NCBI GenBank assembly: GCA_965112155.1
Contig: OZ218104.1
From: Podarcis liolepis
Taxonomy: Eukaryota
Length of the DNA stretch: 64,000 nt
Direction: 5' to 3' (one strand)
Every line of letters starts with the position of its first letter. Positions within the stretch are counted from its first letter, which is position 1. Shown piece by piece: positions 46,066-64,000 of this stretch. A model generated the notes under the pieces. It did no database searches. It saw nothing but the letters and a program-made list of their open reading frames with translations, and was not told the origin of the DNA. A program made the position numbers and the translations under genes.

Positions 46066-48373
46066 ATGTTGGTGGCAAATGTAAATTGTGGAATGAAAGA
46101 ATATATAACCATAAATATTCCCTTAATGAGAAGCCTCCAGTTTGGAGACTGGTGGCTATAGAGAGCTCTGATGAGATCTCTCTGCCTGAACAGAGTCCTC
46201 TGCTTTCAACCAGCACATGGACCCATCTGTGAAGGGAGGCTGCAGACTTCTTGTCAACTTCATATTGTGTTGCAGGGGGCAGTGTTAGAGGAGTGTCTTG
46301 GGAAGCATGTTTGTTCTCAGTAGCAGAAAGGGAGGCTTTTGAAGAAGGGGAATCATTTTTGCATGTTGATTTGGAAGCAAAGTCCAGAAATATAGTTAAT
46401 AGAATGAGGTTGGTTGGATAAATGTGAAATCACCCAGTAAACAGGACCGGGATAGGGGAACTATTTCTGCTAGCAGGAATGAAAACAGCCATTTGATCCC
46501 AAGAATGGGCTTGAGAGCACATTATTAGAGTTCAAGAAAACTTGACCTAGAGTCAGTCCCTACCTGGATGGTTTGGAACTCCATGGAATCAGTTCATCTG
46601 TAGGTGACTGCCTGCTTGCTGCAGATGCTGCTGAAGGGAAGCCCTGCTCTGGGCTCCACCTATGGCATGTGGACATATGCGGTTAGGCTTTCTTGGTGAT
46701 GGTGGAGGCCCCTTGGTTATGAGACTCTTCTCCATGGACTCAGCCGATGGCCTCCTTTTTCTCTTCAGGCAACAGGTCAGAACAGTATGGCTTGAGCCAT
46801 GCATTTTTCAGATGTTTTTCCTCTGTGTGTGCCTTGGATTTTTATATTGCTGCTGCAATATTAGGATTTATGATGGTGGTTCGGTGGTTTGAACATTTTG
46901 TTTTGGGATGGAAAAGTGGGAAATCAATGTTAAAGGAGAAAAAATAATGCTGAAGTTTTCAAATAATAATAATAATGCCCCATCCATCCAGCTGGGTTTC
47001 CAGCGCATATAAAAACATAAGATGTCAAACATTAAAAACTTCCCGATACAGGGCTGTCTTCATAAGTGAAAGGTTCATCAGAGACCATGTCTTTCACCCA
47101 CCTGCTGACTACAGTTTTCTTGACAGGTAGGACTGTTCAGCCTACCAAAGAGAGGCAGTTCAGAATACCTTGGAAGATGGTGGCCATCCAGCTTCTGCTT
47201 TAAAACCTTCTGGGGCTGGTGTGTGTAGTAATAGGTCTCCTCCATCGATCTGCAAGAGGTTGTACTAGGATGATTTGTGAGGTCCCCTTCCAGCTCTGTA
47301 GCTAGCAGCAGCAGCATGACCTGAAAGGCATGTGTCCTTCTTTTGTTTCTCCTACTTGACAGCCACCTTCTTTTGAAGGTGGATGTGAGGAGGCCCTTAC
47401 AAAATCAGCTTGGGAAACGAATGGGCTGGCACAAGTGGATTTCACAAGCAATAAGAGAGAACTTGCAGTGGTTTCTGTAGCTTGTTGAACATCTAACCAC
47501 ATTTTGTAGTTTTTATGAAATGCATCAGTCAAAAATGTAGGCATCTACAGATGCTGAGTGCTCAGTCTAGAGCTGCGTAATTTAGAATTTCTGTCCGTTA
47601 TTTATTGCACAACCCTTAACAAATGAAGTCTCTGAATGGATTGGTGTAGTCACAGTTTGAATGCTCAACTAAAAGAGAGCCACAGCCCACTGTAATGTGA
47701 CTTGTACTGATGAAGCGCCTTTAGAAGAGGCCTTGAGTTGGGCTACCTAGCTTCTTCCCACGGTTTTAAATAACAGCATAGACTTTTCCTGGGTTTCATC
47801 GTTTGGGCTCAGTGGCTACCTGTTGGGCCTGCAAGTGCATTTGGAATCAGCTCTGGGTTTGGTCACATGTGAGAAGCAGCAGCAGTGCTGGTGTCCATTG
47901 AGTGCTGGGCTCAGTTTTTAGGCAACCACTGGGCTGGGAGTGTACTGAAAGTAGTCTGCTTAAGGCAGTACTGGGAAAGTGGGGGAGGGGATGTCCCACC
48001 CTTCTGGAACTGTCCCACTCAGGCTCCGCTGTCCTTGCTTTGAAAAAGCCTGAGAAACAGCCATAATGAAGAGCCTGAAATGGGGCAGAGCTGTCTGGAC
48101 GAAAAGGACTTGAATGAAACCCTGATTGTCTCCATCAGGTCCTCAGGAGTAAGATGTCACATCGGCATGAAAATTGTCTTCACAATGTTAATGACACTTG
48201 CTTGCTCATGTTTAGCTGTGCTAATTGAAACTTAGGTTTGCATGTTTGACTGGTCTAAAAATGTGTCCGCTCTGTAAGTATTATTATATCATGGTAACAG
48301 TAAACTTGGATATGATTTACTTTGTATGAGATGTATTTACAGACACATGCATTTTAAATTCCAAAGAACGATA

Positions 48374-48610
48374 CAGTTGTACCTTGGTTTTCGAACAGAA
48401 TCCATTCCGTTTGACTTCCAAAAACGTTCAAAAACTGAGGCACGGCTTCTGATTGGCTGCAGGAGCTTCCTGCACTCAGTTGGAAGCCACATAAGTCGCA
48501 TTGGATGTTTGGCTTCCAAAAAAGTTTGTAAATTGGAACACTTCTGTATTTGCGCGTTCGGGAGCCAAAACGTTTGAGTCACAAGGCATTTGAGAACCAA
48601 GGTACAACTG
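48374..48610. mobile_element. Tc1/mariner (Tigger-like) MITE
   Basis: TA|CAGTTGTACCTTGGTT ... AACCAAGGTACAACTG|TA: 16-bp perfect TIR with TA TSD. Confidence 0.85.
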
Positions 48611-49540
48611 TACAATATCAGAATGACCATTCTCATTCGTAAAAGTAATGTACATATTAGTATTATGCAGTAGTGTATGCTGGGCCTTGAAAATAATACT
48701 TTTTCCTCCTGACTTGTGGATAATTTATTTCAGTTTGTTTGGCAGATAAACAGACCAGGGTAGCAGAGAGTTACCCATGCATTGGGGCCAAAGGCTGCTT
48801 TGAAATATAATGGGAGTTTCCTTTAGTTGAAAAGCAAATCCAGAGTGAAGTAGAATATTTGGGTTTGAGCCAGAGGTGTTCCTGTGGTTTGCTAGATCCT
48901 GTAAATAAGCTTTCACCTTGGGGCCGGCAGATTCAGATGCTTTTATGGCTGCATAATATGGTTTGCTTCAATCTCAGGTTTGTTTTCACAAGCAGGGCTT
49001 AATCCAAGGCTCAGGAAGGTTGTGTAGGGTCGCTGATTAATCTAGGACTTTTGCCTTATTTGGGGATGGCAGAAGGAGGGAGGAGGCTCCTATCTGTGCT
49101 GGTATGCAAATTTAGGCAGAAATTCCTGGTGATTAGGGACCAGCCACAGGAAGAAAGAATCAGTTTCTTGGGTTTGCCATGAGAGGTGAGCTGTGTGTGT
49201 TGTAAAGAGCACATGCAGTCAGTTTATCACCAGCCTTAGTCTGCCACCCATTCCACCATGCAGTAGTGGAGACAGAGCTGCAGCGAATACATCATTACAT
49301 ACCTTGGCAACAGAGCCATATCTCTTTCCTTACTACAGATATCTTAAGCCACTTGGCAGGGAAGACAGACTTTTTGAGGCTGAAGTATTCTGGAGTCCCA
49401 GCTGTGGCAGAGATGGCTGACTTGGGATAAACACCGTGGATTGAACCATAGAGAGTTCTGTCAGTATAACCAATGCCAGCTTGGAGACCCTACCAGCCTC
49501 TCTCTACGGTTTCTCATGGGGTACTGTTTTAAAGACTTAA

Positions 49541-64000
<14,460 letters not shown>

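Overview
Vertebrate genomic DNA, probably squamate lizard judging by the repeats (inference). It carries the conserved block PKD1L3(+, 3' part) - IST1(-) - ZNF821(+) - ATXN1L(-) - AP1G1(+, 5' part), in the order and orientation I recall for human 16q22. AP1G1 hosts the intronic snoRNA SNORD71 and a 9-nt microexon. Two items stand out. (1) IST1 has an intron (23427-25024) holding a ~1.3 kb decayed chimeric insert. It strings together, in one orientation, start-codon/first-exon fragments of three unrelated genes (IMPDH1/2-like, CCNL2/1-like, CDC42BPB-like), each ending at or next to its native splice-donor position. An unidentified coding-like piece and an L2-LINE-like 3' tail follow. This looks like a retroposon that serially trapped first exons by splicing. 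(2) A PKD1L3 intron holds a full-length, very young Tf1/sushi-type Gypsy chromovirus. It has intact gag and pol, a PEG10-like -1 frameshift cassette and a self-priming (non-tRNA) PBS. Its pol ORF runs 104 codons into the 3' LTR, and an integrase tail motif matches LEDGF/TND-binding motifs. All homology calls are from remembered protein and RNA sequences read by eye; no database search was run.
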